A stretch of 64,000 bases of DNA, from the NCBI RefSeq assembly GCF_030384885.1, contig NZ_CP128613.1. One strand, 5' to 3'. Shown here in pieces: positions 47,402 to 57,977 of this stretch. The DNA comes from Escherichia coli (GTDB lineage Bacteria; Pseudomonadota; Gammaproteobacteria; Enterobacterales; Enterobacteriaceae). A program made the translations under genes and the position numbers. The notes under the pieces were generated by a model. That model saw only the letters and a list, made by a program, of their open reading frames with translations. It had not been told where the DNA came from and did no database searches. Numbering within the stretch: position 1 is the first letter of the stretch; the number at the start of each line of letters is the position of its first letter.

Positions 47402-49101
47402 GCCAGAGAATTACTATTGATCCGGTAACCCGTATTGAGGGGCATTTACGCATCGATTGCGAAATCGAAAATGGCGTCGTTTCGAAAGCATGGGCTTCCG
47501 GTACCATGTGGCGCGGCATGGAAGAGATCGTGAAAAACCGCGATCCGCGCGATGCATGGATGATTGTGCAACGTATCTGTGGCGTATGTACGACTACTCA
47601 CGCGCTGTCTTCCGTTCGTGCGGCAGAGAGCGCGCTGAATATCGACGTTCCGGTTAACGCGCAATACATCCGTAACATCATTCTGGCTGCGCACACCACG
47701 CATGACCATATCGTTCATTTCTATCAGCTTTCGGCGCTGGACTGGGTGGACATCACTTCTGCACTGCAAGCTGATCCAACCAAAGCCTCCGAAATGCTGA
47801 AAGGCGTTTCGACCTGGCATCTGAACAGCCCGGAAGAGTTCACCAAAGTTCAGAACAAGATCAAAGATCTGGTTGCCAGCGGTCAGTTGGGTATTTTCGC
47901 CAATGGCTACTGGGGTCACCCGGCGATGAAACTGCCGCCAGAAGTGAACCTGATTGCGGTAGCGCACTACCTGCAAGCGCTGGAGTGCCAGCGTGATGCT
48001 AACCGTGTAGTGGCGCTGCTGGGCGGTAAAACCCCGCACATTCAGAACCTGGCGGTAGGCGGTGTCGCGAACCCAATCAACCTCGACGGTCTGGGCGTGC
48101 TGAACCTTGAGCGCCTTATGTATATCAAGTCTTTCATCGACAAGCTGAGCGACTTTGTAGAGCAGGTTTACAAGGTTGATACCGCAGTTATCGCCGCGTT
48201 TTACCCGGAATGGCTGACGCGCGGTAAAGGTGCGGTGAACTATCTGAGCGTGCCGGAATTTCCGACCGACAGCAAAAACGGTAGCTTCCTGTTCCCGGGC
48301 GGCTACATCCAGAATGCCGATCTGTCGACTTACCGTCCGATCACTTCTCATTCCGATGAATATCTGATCAAAGGGATTCAGGAAAGCGCGAAGCACTCCT
48401 GGTATAAAGACGAAGCGCCGCAGGCACCGTGGGAAGGCACCACTATTCCGGCTTATGATGGTTGGTCTGACGACGGCAAATATTCCTGGGTGAAATCACC
48501 GACTTTCTACGGCAAAACGGTAGAAGTGGGGCCGCTGGCTAACATGCTGGTGAAACTGGCGGCAGGACGCGAGTCTACCCAGAACAAACTGAATGAAATC
48601 GTTGCGATTTATCAGAAACTGACTGGCAACACGCTGGAAGTGGCGCAGCTGCACTCCACGCTGGGCCGTATCATTGGTCGTACCGTTCACTGCTGCGAAT
48701 TGCAGGATATCCTGCAAAACCAATACAGTGCACTGATCACCAATATCGGCAAAGGCGATCACACCACCTTTGTGAAACCGAACATTCCGGCTACAGGTGA
48801 GTTCAAAGGTGTTGGCTTCCTTGAAGCACCGCGCGGTATGCTCTCTCACTGGATGGTGATCAAAGACGGAATTATCAGTAACTACCAGGCAGTTGTTCCA
48901 TCAACCTGGAACTCTGGCCCGCGTAACTTCAATGATGACGTCGGTCCTTACGAGCAGTCGCTGGTGGGTACGCCGGTTGCCGATCCGAATAAACCGCTGG
49001 AAGTGGTGCGTACCATTCACTCCTTCGACCCGTGCATGGCCTGTGCGGTACACGTAGTGGATGCCGACGGCAACGAAGTGGTTTCAGTGAAGGTCCTGTA
49101 A
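47398..49101 (+). CDS. hybC: Hydrogenase 2 large subunit HybC
   Basis: 567 aa; N-terminal RICGVC and C-terminal DPCMACAVH Ni-binding motifs. Confidence 0.96.
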   Translation: MSQRITIDPVTRIEGHLRIDCEIENGVVSKAWASGTMWRGMEEIVKNRDPRDAWMIVQRICGVCTTTHALSSVRAAESALNIDVPVNAQYIRNIILAAHTTHDHIVHFYQLSALDWVDITSALQADPTKASEMLKGVSTWHLNSPEEFTKVQNKIKDLVASGQLGIFANGYWGHPAMKLPPEVNLIAVAHYLQALECQRDANRVVALLGGKTPHIQNLAVGGVANPINLDGLGVLNLERLMYIKSFIDKLSDFVEQVYKVDTAVIAAFYPEWLTRGKGAVNYLSVPEFPTDSKNGSFLFPGGYIQNADLSTYRPITSHSDEYLIKGIQESAKHSWYKDEAPQAPWEGTTIPAYDGWSDDGKYSWVKSPTFYGKTVEVGPLANMLVKLAAGRESTQNKLNEIVAIYQKLTGNTLEVAQLHSTLGRIIGRTVHCCELQDILQNQYSALITNIGKGDHTTFVKPNIPATGEFKGVGFLEAPRGMLSHWMVIKDGIISNYQAVVPSTWNSGPRNFNDDVGPYEQSLVGTPVADPNKPLEVVRTIHSFDPCMACAVHVVDADGNEVVSVKVL

Positions 49102-49595
49102 TGCGTATTTTAGTCTTAGGGGTTGGCAATATTTTGCTGACCGATGAAGCCATCGGTGTGCGGATTGTCGAAGCGTTAGAGCAACGATACATTCTGCCGG
49201 ATTATGTTGAGATCCTCGATGGCGGCACGGCGGGAATGGAGCTGCTTGGCGACATGGCAAATCGCGATCATCTGATTATCGCCGATGCCATTGTGTCGAA
49301 AAAGAACGCGCCGGGAACGATGATGATCCTGCGGGATGAAGAAGTTCCGGCGTTGTTTACCAACAAAATCTCTCCGCATCAGCTTGGCCTGGCCGACGTA
49401 TTGTCGGCCCTGCGCTTCACCGGCGAGTTTCCGAAAAAGCTGACCCTGGTCGGCGTGATCCCGGAATCGCTGGAGCCGCACATCGGCTTGACGCCGACGG
49501 TCGAAGCGATGATTGAACCTGCGCTTGAGCAGGTTCTGGTTGCGCTGCGCGAATCAGGCGTGGAAGCCATCCCACGGGAGGCGACTCATGAATGA
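49101..49595 (+). CDS. hybD: Hydrogenase 2 maturation endopeptidase HybD
   Basis: 164 aa from the internal Met MRILVLGVGNILLTDEAIGV. Confidence 0.93.
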   Translation: MRILVLGVGNILLTDEAIGVRIVEALEQRYILPDYVEILDGGTAGMELLGDMANRDHLIIADAIVSKKNAPGTMMILRDEEVPALFTNKISPHQLGLADVLSALRFTGEFPKKLTLVGVIPESLEPHIGLTPTVEAMIEPALEQVLVALRESGVEAIPREATHE

Positions 49596-50076
49596 AGAGA
49601 TAGCAGGTTTTCAGACCTCCCCGAAGGCGCAAGTACAGGCAGCGTTTGAAGAAATTGCCCGGCGTTCGATGCACGATCTCTCTTTTCTGCATCCTTCAAT
49701 GCCGGTGTACGTTTCCGACTTTACGTTGTTCGAAGGTCAGTGGACGGGGTGTGTAATCACCCCATGGATGCTGAGTGCAGTTATCTTCCCCGGCCCGGAT
49801 CAACTCTGGCCGCTGCGCAAAGTGAGTGAAAAAATCGGTCTGCAACTGCCGTATGGCACCATGACCTTTACTGTTGGTGAACTGGACGGTGTTTCGCAAT
49901 ACCTCTCCTGCTCGCTGATGTCGCCGCTTTCGCACAGCATGTCGATTGAAGAGGGCCAACGCCTGACGGATGACTGCGCACGAATGATCCTTTCGCTGCC
50001 AGTCACGAATCCGGATGTACCACACGCAGGGCGTCGTGCCCTGCTATTTGGCCGCAGGAGTGGCGAAAATGCATGA
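49588..50076 (+). CDS. hybE: Hydrogenase 2-specific chaperone HybE
   Basis: 162 aa from the internal Met MNEEIAGFQTSPKAQ; synteny. Confidence 0.9.
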   Translation: MNEEIAGFQTSPKAQVQAAFEEIARRSMHDLSFLHPSMPVYVSDFTLFEGQWTGCVITPWMLSAVIFPGPDQLWPLRKVSEKIGLQLPYGTMTFTVGELDGVSQYLSCSLMSPLSHSMSIEEGQRLTDDCARMILSLPVTNPDVPHAGRRALLFGRRSGENA

Positions 50077-50410
50077 GTTGTCGCTTTGCCAGAGCGCCGT
50101 TGAAATTATCCAACGGCAGGCGGAGCAGCATGATGTTAAGCGCGTCACCGCCGTGTGGCTGGAAATTGGCGCGCTCTCCTGCGTTGAGGAGAGCGCCGTC
50201 CGTTTTAGTTTTGAAATTGTCTGCCACGGAACGGTGGCGCAAGGGTGCGATTTACATATCGTCTATAAACCCGCCCAGGCCTGGTGCTGGGATTGCAGCC
50301 AGGTAGTGGAGATTCATCAGCACGATGCGCAATGCCCGCTCTGTCATGGCGAGCGGTTGCGTGTCGATACCGGCGATTCGCTGATCGTCAAAAGTATTGA
50401 AGTTGAATAA
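50069..50410 (+). CDS. hybF: Hydrogenase nickel-incorporation protein HybF (HypA paralog)
   Basis: 113 aa from MHELSLCQSAVEII; Cys pairs CWDC and CPLCHG. Confidence 0.93.
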   Translation: MHELSLCQSAVEIIQRQAEQHDVKRVTAVWLEIGALSCVEESAVRFSFEIVCHGTVAQGCDLHIVYKPAQAWCWDCSQVVEIHQHDAQCPLCHGERLRVDTGDSLIVKSIEVE

Positions 50411-50422
50411 CCGGAGTTAACA

Positions 50423-50671
50423 ATGTGTATTGGCGTTCCAGGCCAGGTGCTGGCTGTCGGTGAAGATATTCACCAGCTTGCGCAGGTAGAAGTATGTGGT
50501 ATCAAGCGCGACGTGAATATCGCCCTGATTTGTGAAGGTAACCCTGCCGATTTGCTGGGCCAGTGGGTACTGGTACACGTCGGATTTGCCATGAGCATCA
50601 TCGACGAAGATGAAGCCAAAGCCACATTAGACGCGCTGCGCCAAATGGATTACGACATTACCAGCGCGTGA
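50423..50671 (+). CDS. hybG: Hydrogenase maturation factor HybG (HypC paralog)
   Basis: 82 aa, [10 protein letters not shown]... N-terminal MC motif. Confidence 0.93.
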
Positions 50672-50684
50672 TGATTAGCTTTCG

Positions 50685-50790
50685 TAGGCCTGATAAGACG
50701 CGACAGCGTCGCATCAGGCATTGTGCACGATTGCCGGATGCGGCGTGAACGCCTTATCCGGCCTGGATGGCTTGCTGCGACGAACACCAA
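50685..50790. repeat. REP/BIME cluster between hybG and yghU
   Basis: gcctgataagacgcgacagcgtcgcatcaggc and gccggatgcggcgtgaacgccttatccggcc palindromes. Confidence 0.7.
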
Positions 50791-50793
50791 CCC

Positions 50794-51660
50794 TTACCCC
50801 TGACGCTTATCTTCCGTATTCGTCTCAAAATCACTGGCGTCATGGCGCTCGTGCAACTGCTCGTTCAGCGGCCCGTTGGTGCGGTTAACAATACGCCCAC
50901 GCTTCACCGCCGGACGTTCGCCCACTTCTTTCGCCCAGCGTTGCACGTGTTTATAACTGCCCGCATCAAGAAACTCTGCGGCATCATACACACCACCTAA
51001 CACCACGTTGCCAAACCACGGCCAGATCGCCATATCCGCAATGGTGTACTCATCGCCCGCAACAAACTTATGCTGCGCCAGTTGCTTATCCAGCACGTCG
51101 AGCAGGCGCTTGGCTTCCATGGTAAACCGGTTGATGGCGTATTCAATTTTCACCGGCGCGTAATGGTAAAAGTGACCAAAACCACCGCCGAGGAACGGCG
51201 CGGCACCTTGTAACCAGAACAGCCAGTTCATTGCTTCAGTACGTTTCGCCAGATCCTGCGGCAGGAAGTAGCCAAATTTCTCCGCCAGATAAAGCAGAAT
51301 CGATCCAGACTCAAACACGCGGATCGGCGGAGTATGGGTATGATCGCGTAGCGCCGGGATCTTCGAGTTTGGGTTCACTTCGACAAAGCCGCTGGAGAAT
51401 TGATCGCCATCGCCAATACGAATCAGCCAGGCGTCGTACTCTGCACCAGTAACGCCCAGCGCCAGCAGCTCTTCAAGCATAATCGTTACTTTCTGACCGT
51501 TTGGCGTACCCAGTGAATAGAGTTGCAGCGGATGTTTGCCCACCGGCAGCGTTTTTTCATGCGTCGGACCAGAAACCGGGCGATTGATATTGGCGAACGC
51601 GCCGCCAGCGGATTTATCCCACGTCCAGACTTTCGCGGGCTGATAAGTATTGTCTGTCAT
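50794..51660 (-). CDS. yghU: Glutathione S-transferase-like protein YghU
   Basis: 288 aa from the internal Met MTDNTYQPAKVWTW. Confidence 0.92.
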   Translation of the reverse strand: MTDNTYQPAKVWTWDKSAGGAFANINRPVSGPTHEKTLPVGKHPLQLYSLGTPNGQKVTIMLEELLALGVTGAEYDAWLIRIGDGDQFSSGFVEVNPNSKIPALRDHTHTPPIRVFESGSILLYLAEKFGYFLPQDLAKRTEAMNWLFWLQGAAPFLGGGFGHFYHYAPVKIEYAINRFTMEAKRLLDVLDKQLAQHKFVAGDEYTIADMAIWPWFGNVVLGGVYDAAEFLDAGSYKHVQRWAKEVGERPAVKRGRIVNRTNGPLNEQLHERHDASDFETNTEDKRQG

Positions 51661-51864
51661 AGTGAGTTGCCTTCTGAGTGGTAGTGTTGAAGCAGTGTAG
51701 CAGGTCACTTGCTGTACAGAATGTGAATTTTTTAACCCTTTGCGCCAGCCGCTGCGATGAGGTGTATGATTAGTCTGACCTCTGTCCGGTTAATGTCGCT
51801 GAGCAGGTAATCAGAGCACAACAATTACGCCAACTGCTTAGGTTGTATTGTTAAAGGTAAAGTG

Positions 51865-53724
51865 ATGAGCAAAGGAACGACCAGCCAGGATGCCCCGTTC
51901 GGGACATTATTGGGCTACGCCCCAGGTGGGGTAGCAATCTACTCTTCAGATTACAGTTCTCTCGATCCGCAGGAATACGAAGATGACGCCGTATTCCGTA
52001 GCTATATCGACGACGAATATATGGGCCACAAATGGCAATGCGTTGAATTTGCTCGCCGTTTTCTCTTTCTGAATTACGGTGTGGTCTTCACTGACGTGGG
52101 TATGGCGTGGGAGATTTTCTCGCTGCGCTTCCTGCGTGAAGTGGTTAATGACAACATCCTGCCATTGCAGGCATTTCCTAACGGCTCGCCGCGTGCGCCG
52201 GTCGCGGGTGCGCTTCTTATCTGGGATAAAGGCGGTGAATTTAAAGACACTGGCCATGTCGCCATCATTACCCAATTGCATGGCAACAAAGTCCGTATTG
52301 CGGAACAGAACGTGATTCATTCCCCGTTACCGCAAGGGCAACAGTGGACACGCGAGCTGGAGATGGTGGTCGAAAACGGCTGCTATACCCTTAAAGACAC
52401 GTTTGATGACACCACCATTCTGGGCTGGATGATCCAGACGGAAGATACCGACTACAGCTTACCGCAGCCGGAAATTGCAGGCGAGCTGCTGAAAATCAGC
52501 GGAGCGCGTCTGGAAAACAAAGGTCAGTTTGACGGTAAATGGCTGGATGAAAAAGATCCGCTACAAAATGCCTACGTGCAGGCCAACGGTCAGGTGATCA
52601 ATCAGGATCCGTATCATTACTACACCATTACCGAGAGCGCAGAGCAGGAGCTGATTAAAGCCACCAACGAGCTGCACCTGATGTATCTTCACGCAACCGA
52701 CAAGGTGCTAAAAGATGACAACCTGCTGGCACTGTTCGACATTCCGAAAATCCTCTGGCCACGTTTGCGTCTCTCCTGGCAGCGTCGCCGTCACCATATG
52801 ATCACCGGTCGTATGGATTTCTGCATGGACGAACGTGGCCTGAAGGTCTACGAATACAACGCCGATTCCGCCTCCTGTCATACCGAAGCGGGCTTGATCC
52901 TCGAACGTTGGGCGGAGCAGGGCTATAAAGGCAATGGCTTCAATCCTGCGGAAGGGCTGATTAACGAACTGGCTGGTGCCTGGAAACACAGTCGTGCACG
53001 TCCGTTTGTCCATATCATGCAGGACAAAGATATCGAGGAAAACTATCACGCGCAGTTTATGGAGCAGGCGCTGCACCAGGCGGGCTTTGAAACGCGTATC
53101 TTGCGTGGGTTGGATGAACTGGGCTGGGATGCTGCCGGGCAACTGATTGATGGGGAAGGGCGACTGGTTAACTGCGTGTGGAAAACCTGGGCGTGGGAAA
53201 CCGCGTTTGATCAGATTCGTGAAGTTAGCGACCGTGAGTTTGCTGCGGTGCCGATCCGTACCGGTCATCCGCAAAATGAAGTGCGTTTAATTGACGTATT
53301 GCTGCGCCCGGAAGTGCTGGTCTTTGAGCCGCTGTGGACGGTGATCCCCGGCAACAAAGCGATTCTGCCGATCCTCTGGTCGCTGTTCCCGCACCATCGT
53401 TACCTACTGGATACCGATTTCACTGTTAATGATGAACTGGTAAAAACAGGTTACGCAGTGAAACCGATCGCCGGTCGCTGTGGCAGTAACATCGACCTCG
53501 TCAGCCATCATGAAGAGGTGCTGGATAAAACCAGCGGTAAATTTGCCGAGCAGAAAAACATCTATCAGCAACTGTGGTGTTTGCCGAAAGTGGACGGTAA
53601 ATACATCCAGGTATGTACTTTCACCGTTGGCGGCAACTACGGTGGGACGTGTTTGCGCGGTGATGAATCACTGGTCATCAAAAAAGAGAGTGATATTGAA
53701 CCGTTAATTGTCGTGAAAGAGTAA
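51865..53724 (+). CDS. gss: Bifunctional glutathionylspermidine synthetase/amidase Gss
   Basis: 619 aa; N-terminal CHAP amidase domain and C-terminal ATP-grasp synthetase domain. Confidence 0.95.
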   Translation: MSKGTTSQDAPFGTLLGYAPGGVAIYSSDYSSLDPQEYEDDAVFRSYIDDEYMGHKWQCVEFARRFLFLNYGVVFTDVGMAWEIFSLRFLREVVNDNILPLQAFPNGSPRAPVAGALLIWDKGGEFKDTGHVAIITQLHGNKVRIAEQNVIHSPLPQGQQWTRELEMVVENGCYTLKDTFDDTTILGWMIQTEDTDYSLPQPEIAGELLKISGARLENKGQFDGKWLDEKDPLQNAYVQANGQVINQDPYHYYTITESAEQELIKATNELHLMYLHATDKVLKDDNLLALFDIPKILWPRLRLSWQRRRHHMITGRMDFCMDERGLKVYEYNADSASCHTEAGLILERWAEQGYKGNGFNPAEGLINELAGAWKHSRARPFVHIMQDKDIEENYHAQFMEQALHQAGFETRILRGLDELGWDAAGQLIDGEGRLVNCVWKTWAWETAFDQIREVSDREFAAVPIRTGHPQNEVRLIDVLLRPEVLVFEPLWTVIPGNKAILPILWSLFPHHRYLLDTDFTVNDELVKTGYAVKPIAGRCGSNIDLVSHHEEVLDKTSGKFAEQKNIYQQLWCLPKVDGKYIQVCTFTVGGNYGGTCLRGDESLVIKKESDIEPLIVVKE

Positions 53725-53727
53725 TAG

Positions 53728-53768
53728 ATGTTGTAGCAACCCCGTACTGATTATGAAGAATAATCAGT
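53728..53768 (+). terminator. Hairpin terminator downstream of gss
   Basis: ccccgtactgattat gaaga ataatcagtgcgggg, a long inverted repeat. Confidence 0.5.
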
Positions 53769-54015
53769 GCGGGGATTAATCAAAATATTCAATATTTATA
53801 TATTTCAATGTCTATTCATTTTATATGTGAATATATTAACCAGCAGAATACCTGTGTTCTAATTATTTTTAAATATTTTGAATGAATGCTTATTGTCTGA
53901 TACACAAGAAATAACACTCTTTTTATCGTTAAAAGATGATATTTCACTTTGCCCACGCCGTGAAAGTCACTGATAATGCGTCCGTTCGTAAATTCAAAAT
54001 GGCGTAATCTAATAT

Positions 54016-55515
54016 ATGCTAAATTTATTTGTTGGCCTTGATATATACACAGGGCTTTTGTTATTACTTGCTCTGGCATTTGTGTTGTTCTACGAAGCAA
54101 TCAATGGTTTTCATGACACGGCGAATGCGGTGGCAACCGTTATTTATACTCGTGCCATGCAGCCACAGCTTGCCGTGGTGATGGCGGCATTTTTTAACTT
54201 TTTTGGCGTATTGCTAGGCGGACTTAGCGTTGCCTATGCCATTGTCCATATGTTGCCAACCGATTTGTTGCTGAATATGGGGTCAACTCACGGCCTGGCG
54301 ATGGTCTTTTCCATGCTGCTGGCGGCGATTATCTGGAACCTGGGAACGTGGTTCTTTGGTTTACCGGCCTCCAGTTCGCATACCTTGATTGGTGCGATTA
54401 TCGGCATCGGTTTAACCAACGCGCTGTTAACCGGCTCATCGGTGATGGATGCGTTAAACCTGCGTGAAGTGACCAAAATTTTCTCCTCGCTGATTGTTTC
54501 CCCTATCGTCGGCCTGGTCATTGCGGGAGGCCTGATATTCCTGCTGCGCCGCTACTGGAGCGGGACGAAAAAGCGTGACCGTATTCACCGCATTCCGGAA
54601 GATCGCAAAAAGAAAAAAGGCAAACGTAAGCCACCATTCTGGACGCGTATTGCGCTGATTGTTTCCGCTGCGGGCGTGGCGTTTTCGCACGGCGCGAACG
54701 ACGGGCAGAAAGGGATCGGACTGGTGATGCTGGTACTGGTGGGGATTGCTCCTGCTGGTTTCGTCGTCAATATGAATGCGTCCGGCTATGAAATTACCCG
54801 TACCCGCGATGCCGTCACCAACTTTGAACACTATCTGCAACAGCATCCTGAACTGCCGCAGAAGTTGATTGCGATGGAACCTCCATTGCCTGCGGCATCG
54901 ACTGATGGCACGCAAGTAACGGAGTTTCATTGTCATCCGGCAAATACCTTTGATGCGATTGCGCGCGTTAAAACGATGTTGCCAGGTAATATGGAAAGCT
55001 ACGAGCCGTTAAGCGTGAGTCAGCGCAGCCAGCTGCGCCGCATTATGCTGTGCATCTCTGATACCTCTGCGAAGCTGGCGAAACTGCCAGGCGTCAGTAA
55101 AGAAGATCAGAACCTGCTGAAAAAACTGCGCAGCGATATGTTAAGCACCATTGAGTACGCTCCGGTGTGGATCATCATGGCGGTAGCACTGGCGCTCGGC
55201 ATTGGCACCATGATTGGCTGGCGTCGTGTAGCGATGACCATCGGTGAGAAGATTGGTAAGCGCGGCATGACGTATGCGCAAGGCATGGCGGCACAAATGA
55301 CGGCGGCAGTGTCTATCGGCCTTGCCAGTTATATTGGGATGCCCGTCTCCACAACGCACGTCCTCTCGTCTGCGGTAGCAGGGACGATGGTGGTGGACGG
55401 CGGTGGGTTACAGCGTAAAACGGTAACCAGCATCCTGATGGCGTGGGTGTTTACTTTACCGGCGGCGATTTTTCTGTCTGGTGGGTTGTACTGGATAGCA
55501 TTGCAGTTGATTTAA
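54016..55515 (+). CDS. pitB: Low-affinity inorganic phosphate transporter PitB
   Basis: 499 aa; PiT family with a central Lys/Arg-rich loop; AT-rich upstream region. Confidence 0.92.
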   Translation: MLNLFVGLDIYTGLLLLLALAFVLFYEAINGFHDTANAVATVIYTRAMQPQLAVVMAAFFNFFGVLLGGLSVAYAIVHMLPTDLLLNMGSTHGLAMVFSMLLAAIIWNLGTWFFGLPASSSHTLIGAIIGIGLTNALLTGSSVMDALNLREVTKIFSSLIVSPIVGLVIAGGLIFLLRRYWSGTKKRDRIHRIPEDRKKKKGKRKPPFWTRIALIVSAAGVAFSHGANDGQKGIGLVMLVLVGIAPAGFVVNMNASGYEITRTRDAVTNFEHYLQQHPELPQKLIAMEPPLPAASTDGTQVTEFHCHPANTFDAIARVKTMLPGNMESYEPLSVSQRSQLRRIMLCISDTSAKLAKLPGVSKEDQNLLKKLRSDMLSTIEYAPVWIIMAVALALGIGTMIGWRRVAMTIGEKIGKRGMTYAQGMAAQMTAAVSIGLASYIGMPVSTTHVLSSAVAGTMVVDGGGLQRKTVTSILMAWVFTLPAAIFLSGGLYWIALQLI

Positions 55516-55519
55516 CCTT

Positions 55520-55560
55520 CCTGAAAATGCCCGGTCCTGGCGATCGGGCATTTCCATTTT
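55520..55560. terminator. Hairpin between convergent pitB and yghT
   Basis: atgcccggtcc...gatcgggcat inverted repeat followed by a T-rich tract. Confidence 0.45.
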
Positions 55561-55563
55561 TGA

Positions 55564-56256
55564 CTAGTGATAACCACACGCGGTCATAAAATCCGTAATC
55601 GCTTTTTCTGCATCAACCAGCACCTTTTCCAGTGGCTGATTGGCGTCGATATCAACCAGTTGTGCACCACCAAAGGTTAACTGTGGCGTTATGGCAATCT
55701 TTCTCGCCAGCGATTCCCGTTTATGGTCGGGTTTACGCGCGCAGGCAACTTCAAGGTCAACATTGAGTTTGATAACCAGATCAGGCTTATGGCTCGCCAT
55801 CCAGTGAAATGCTTTACGTTCCTGGCTTGCCAGCCATGAGACAAACCGGCCGCCTTCAACGTTAGGTGGGAACACCGTACCATCGTAAGCGCCAGGAATT
55901 TGGTCCTGAGGATAACGATCGGTTAAGACAATCAGCCCGCGACGACGACAGGCGAGCATATGACGAAAGCGTAACAGTCGGCGGGCGACGAAAGCGGTGA
56001 TCACCAGGGCCGGAACCGGACCCGGCAATTTTTTTGCCGTTTTCACTTCATTTTTTTCAATAGTCTTGTGCAGAGACTTTCCCATCAACGGTAATTTTGT
56101 CACTGCACGACCGACATTTCCGGCCTGTTTTCCTAAATGAACTCTTTCGGCAGCACCATATTTTTCGACAACGGTAATAAGATGTTCACACACCGTTGAC
56201 TTGCCTGAACCATCGCTACCAATAACGGCAATTAATGGAGGTGTTATTGACTGCAT
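55564..56256 (-). CDS. yghT: P-loop ATP-binding protein YghT
   Basis: 230 aa; Walker [10 protein letters not shown]; paralogous to YghS and YghR. Confidence 0.9.
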   Translation of the reverse strand: MQSITPPLIAVIGSDGSGKSTVCEHLITVVEKYGAAERVHLGKQAGNVGRAVTKLPLMGKSLHKTIEKNEVKTAKKLPGPVPALVITAFVARRLLRFRHMLACRRRGLIVLTDRYPQDQIPGAYDGTVFPPNVEGGRFVSWLASQERKAFHWMASHKPDLVIKLNVDLEVACARKPDHKRESLARKIAITPQLTFGGAQLVDIDANQPLEKVLVDAEKAITDFMTACGYH

Positions 56257-56334
56257 GAATATATCCTTAAATTTAAATATCCATCAAAAATATTTATTTG
56301 GTTAATATGTTTTTATGAAAGCGTAATTCAGGTC

Positions 56335-56362
56335 AATGTCACAATTAACCATTGTCACAATA
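56335..56362. promoter_or_regulatory. Direct repeat of TGTCACAAT in the yghT/yghS divergent promoter region
   Basis: aatgtcacaattaaccattgtcacaataagg: two copies of a 9-bp motif about 16 bp apart. Coordinates by eye. Confidence 0.25.
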
Positions 56363-56429
56363 AGGTTGAACGGATATTCTGAGCACGGACCACGTAATAT
56401 TCAATACATTATTTTCTGCCGGGTTTTTC

Positions 56430-57143
56430 GTGAATCAACGTAATATGTCAATAATTAATTCCACGCCAGTGCGTGTTATTGCCATTGTAGGATGTGATGG
56501 TTCAGGTAAATCGACCCTCACGGCAAGCCTAGTAAATGAACTGGCAGCAACAATGCCAACAGAACACATTTATCTCGGGCAATCGTCCGGGCGAATTGGC
56601 GAATGGATTTCACAGCTCCCTGTTATTGGCGCACCTTTTGGGCGTTATCTGCGAAGTAAAGCGGCACATGTGCACGAAAAGCCCTCCACACCGCCTGGCA
56701 ATATTACTGCGCTGGTTATTTATCTGCTTTCCTGCTGGCGGGCGTATAAGTTTCGCAAAATGTTGTGTAAAAGCCAGCAAGGCTATCTGCTCATCACCGA
56801 CCGCTACCCGCAGGTTGAAGTGCCGGGTTTTCGCTTTGATGGCCCGCAACTGGCAAAAAACACGGGCGGTAACGGCTGGATAAAAATGTTAAGACAGCGC
56901 GAGCTCAAACTTTACCAATGGATGGCGTCTTATTTGCCCGTATTGTTGATTCGTCTTGGCATTGATGAACAAACCGCGTTTGCGCGTAAACCTGACCACC
57001 AACTGGCGGCGTTACAGGAAAAAATCGCTGTTACGCCGCAACTGACATTCAATGGCGCAAAGATCCTTGAACTGGATGGTCGGCAACCAGCCGATGAAAT
57101 TCTGCAAGCGTCACTACGCGCAATTCACGCCGCGCTTTCCTGA
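56430..57143 (+). CDS. yghS: P-loop ATP-binding protein YghS
   Basis: 237 aa; Walker A GCDGSGKST; DRYPQ and ARKPDH motifs shared with YghR and YghT. Confidence 0.9.
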   Translation: MNQRNMSIINSTPVRVIAIVGCDGSGKSTLTASLVNELAATMPTEHIYLGQSSGRIGEWISQLPVIGAPFGRYLRSKAAHVHEKPSTPPGNITALVIYLLSCWRAYKFRKMLCKSQQGYLLITDRYPQVEVPGFRFDGPQLAKNTGGNGWIKMLRQRELKLYQWMASYLPVLLIRLGIDEQTAFARKPDHQLAALQEKIAVTPQLTFNGAKILELDGRQPADEILQASLRAIHAALS

Positions 57144-57173
57144 TCACCAAATGGATAGGGGATGATTTAACGA

Positions 57174-57932
57174 ATGGATGCACTACAAACACAAACTGTT
57201 AATAGTACAACCGCGCCGCAGCCCAACTACATTCCGGGGCTGATTGCGGTGGTCGGGTGTGATGGCACCGGTAAATCCACACTGACCACTGACCTGGTGA
57301 AATCGCTGCAACAACACTGGCAAACCGAGCGCCGCTATCTGGGGCTGCTCTCCGGCGAAGACGGCGACAAAATCAAACGGTTGCCGCTCGTTGGCGTCTG
57401 GCTGGAACGGCGACTGGCGGCCAAATCCTCGAAAACCCAAAGCATGAAAACCAAATCTCCGGCGCTATGGGCGGCGGTGATTATGTACTGCTTCTCGCTG
57501 CGAAGAATGGTGAATCTACGCAAGGTTCAGCGACTGGCGCAAAGTGGCGTTCTGGTGGTCAGCGATCGCTTCCCGCAGGCTGAAATTTCGGGCTTTTATT
57601 ATGACGGACCGGGGATTGGCGTCGAGCGTGCGACCGGGAAAATCAGCATGTTTCTGGCACAGCGCGAACGGCGTTTATACCAAAAAATGGCGCAATACCG
57701 TCCTGAATTAATTATTCGTTTGGGGATTGATATTGATACTGCCATCTCCCGCAAGCCTGACCATGACTATGCCGAGCTGCAGGACAAAATCGGTGTCATG
57801 TCGACGATTGGCTATAACGGCACAAAAATTCTTGAGATTGATTCCAGAGCGCCCTACAGCGAAGTGCTGGAACAGGCACAGAAGGCGGTTTCTCTGGTTG
57901 CAATCGTTTCTGACCGCCGAAGTTTAACTTAA
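57174..57932 (+). CDS. yghR: P-loop ATP-binding protein YghR
   Basis: 252 aa; Walker A GCDGTGKST. Confidence 0.9.
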   Translation: MDALQTQTVNSTTAPQPNYIPGLIAVVGCDGTGKSTLTTDLVKSLQQHWQTERRYLGLLSGEDGDKIKRLPLVGVWLERRLAAKSSKTQSMKTKSPALWAAVIMYCFSLRRMVNLRKVQRLAQSGVLVVSDRFPQAEISGFYYDGPGIGVERATGKISMFLAQRERRLYQKMAQYRPELIIRLGIDIDTAISRKPDHDYAELQDKIGVMSTIGYNGTKILEIDSRAPYSEVLEQAQKAVSLVAIVSDRRSLT

Positions 57933-57977
57933 GGTTGGCGGGATACTTTTTACTATCAACGATAAGGTCAGGCTGAA

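Noticed and set aside
46223-50410. Overlapping starts and stops in the hyb operon as possible frameshifts
   Set aside because: Short overlaps (hybA/hybB, hybB/hybC, hybC/hybD, hybD/hybE, hybE/hybF) are normal translational coupling; protein lengths match expectation once internal starts are used.
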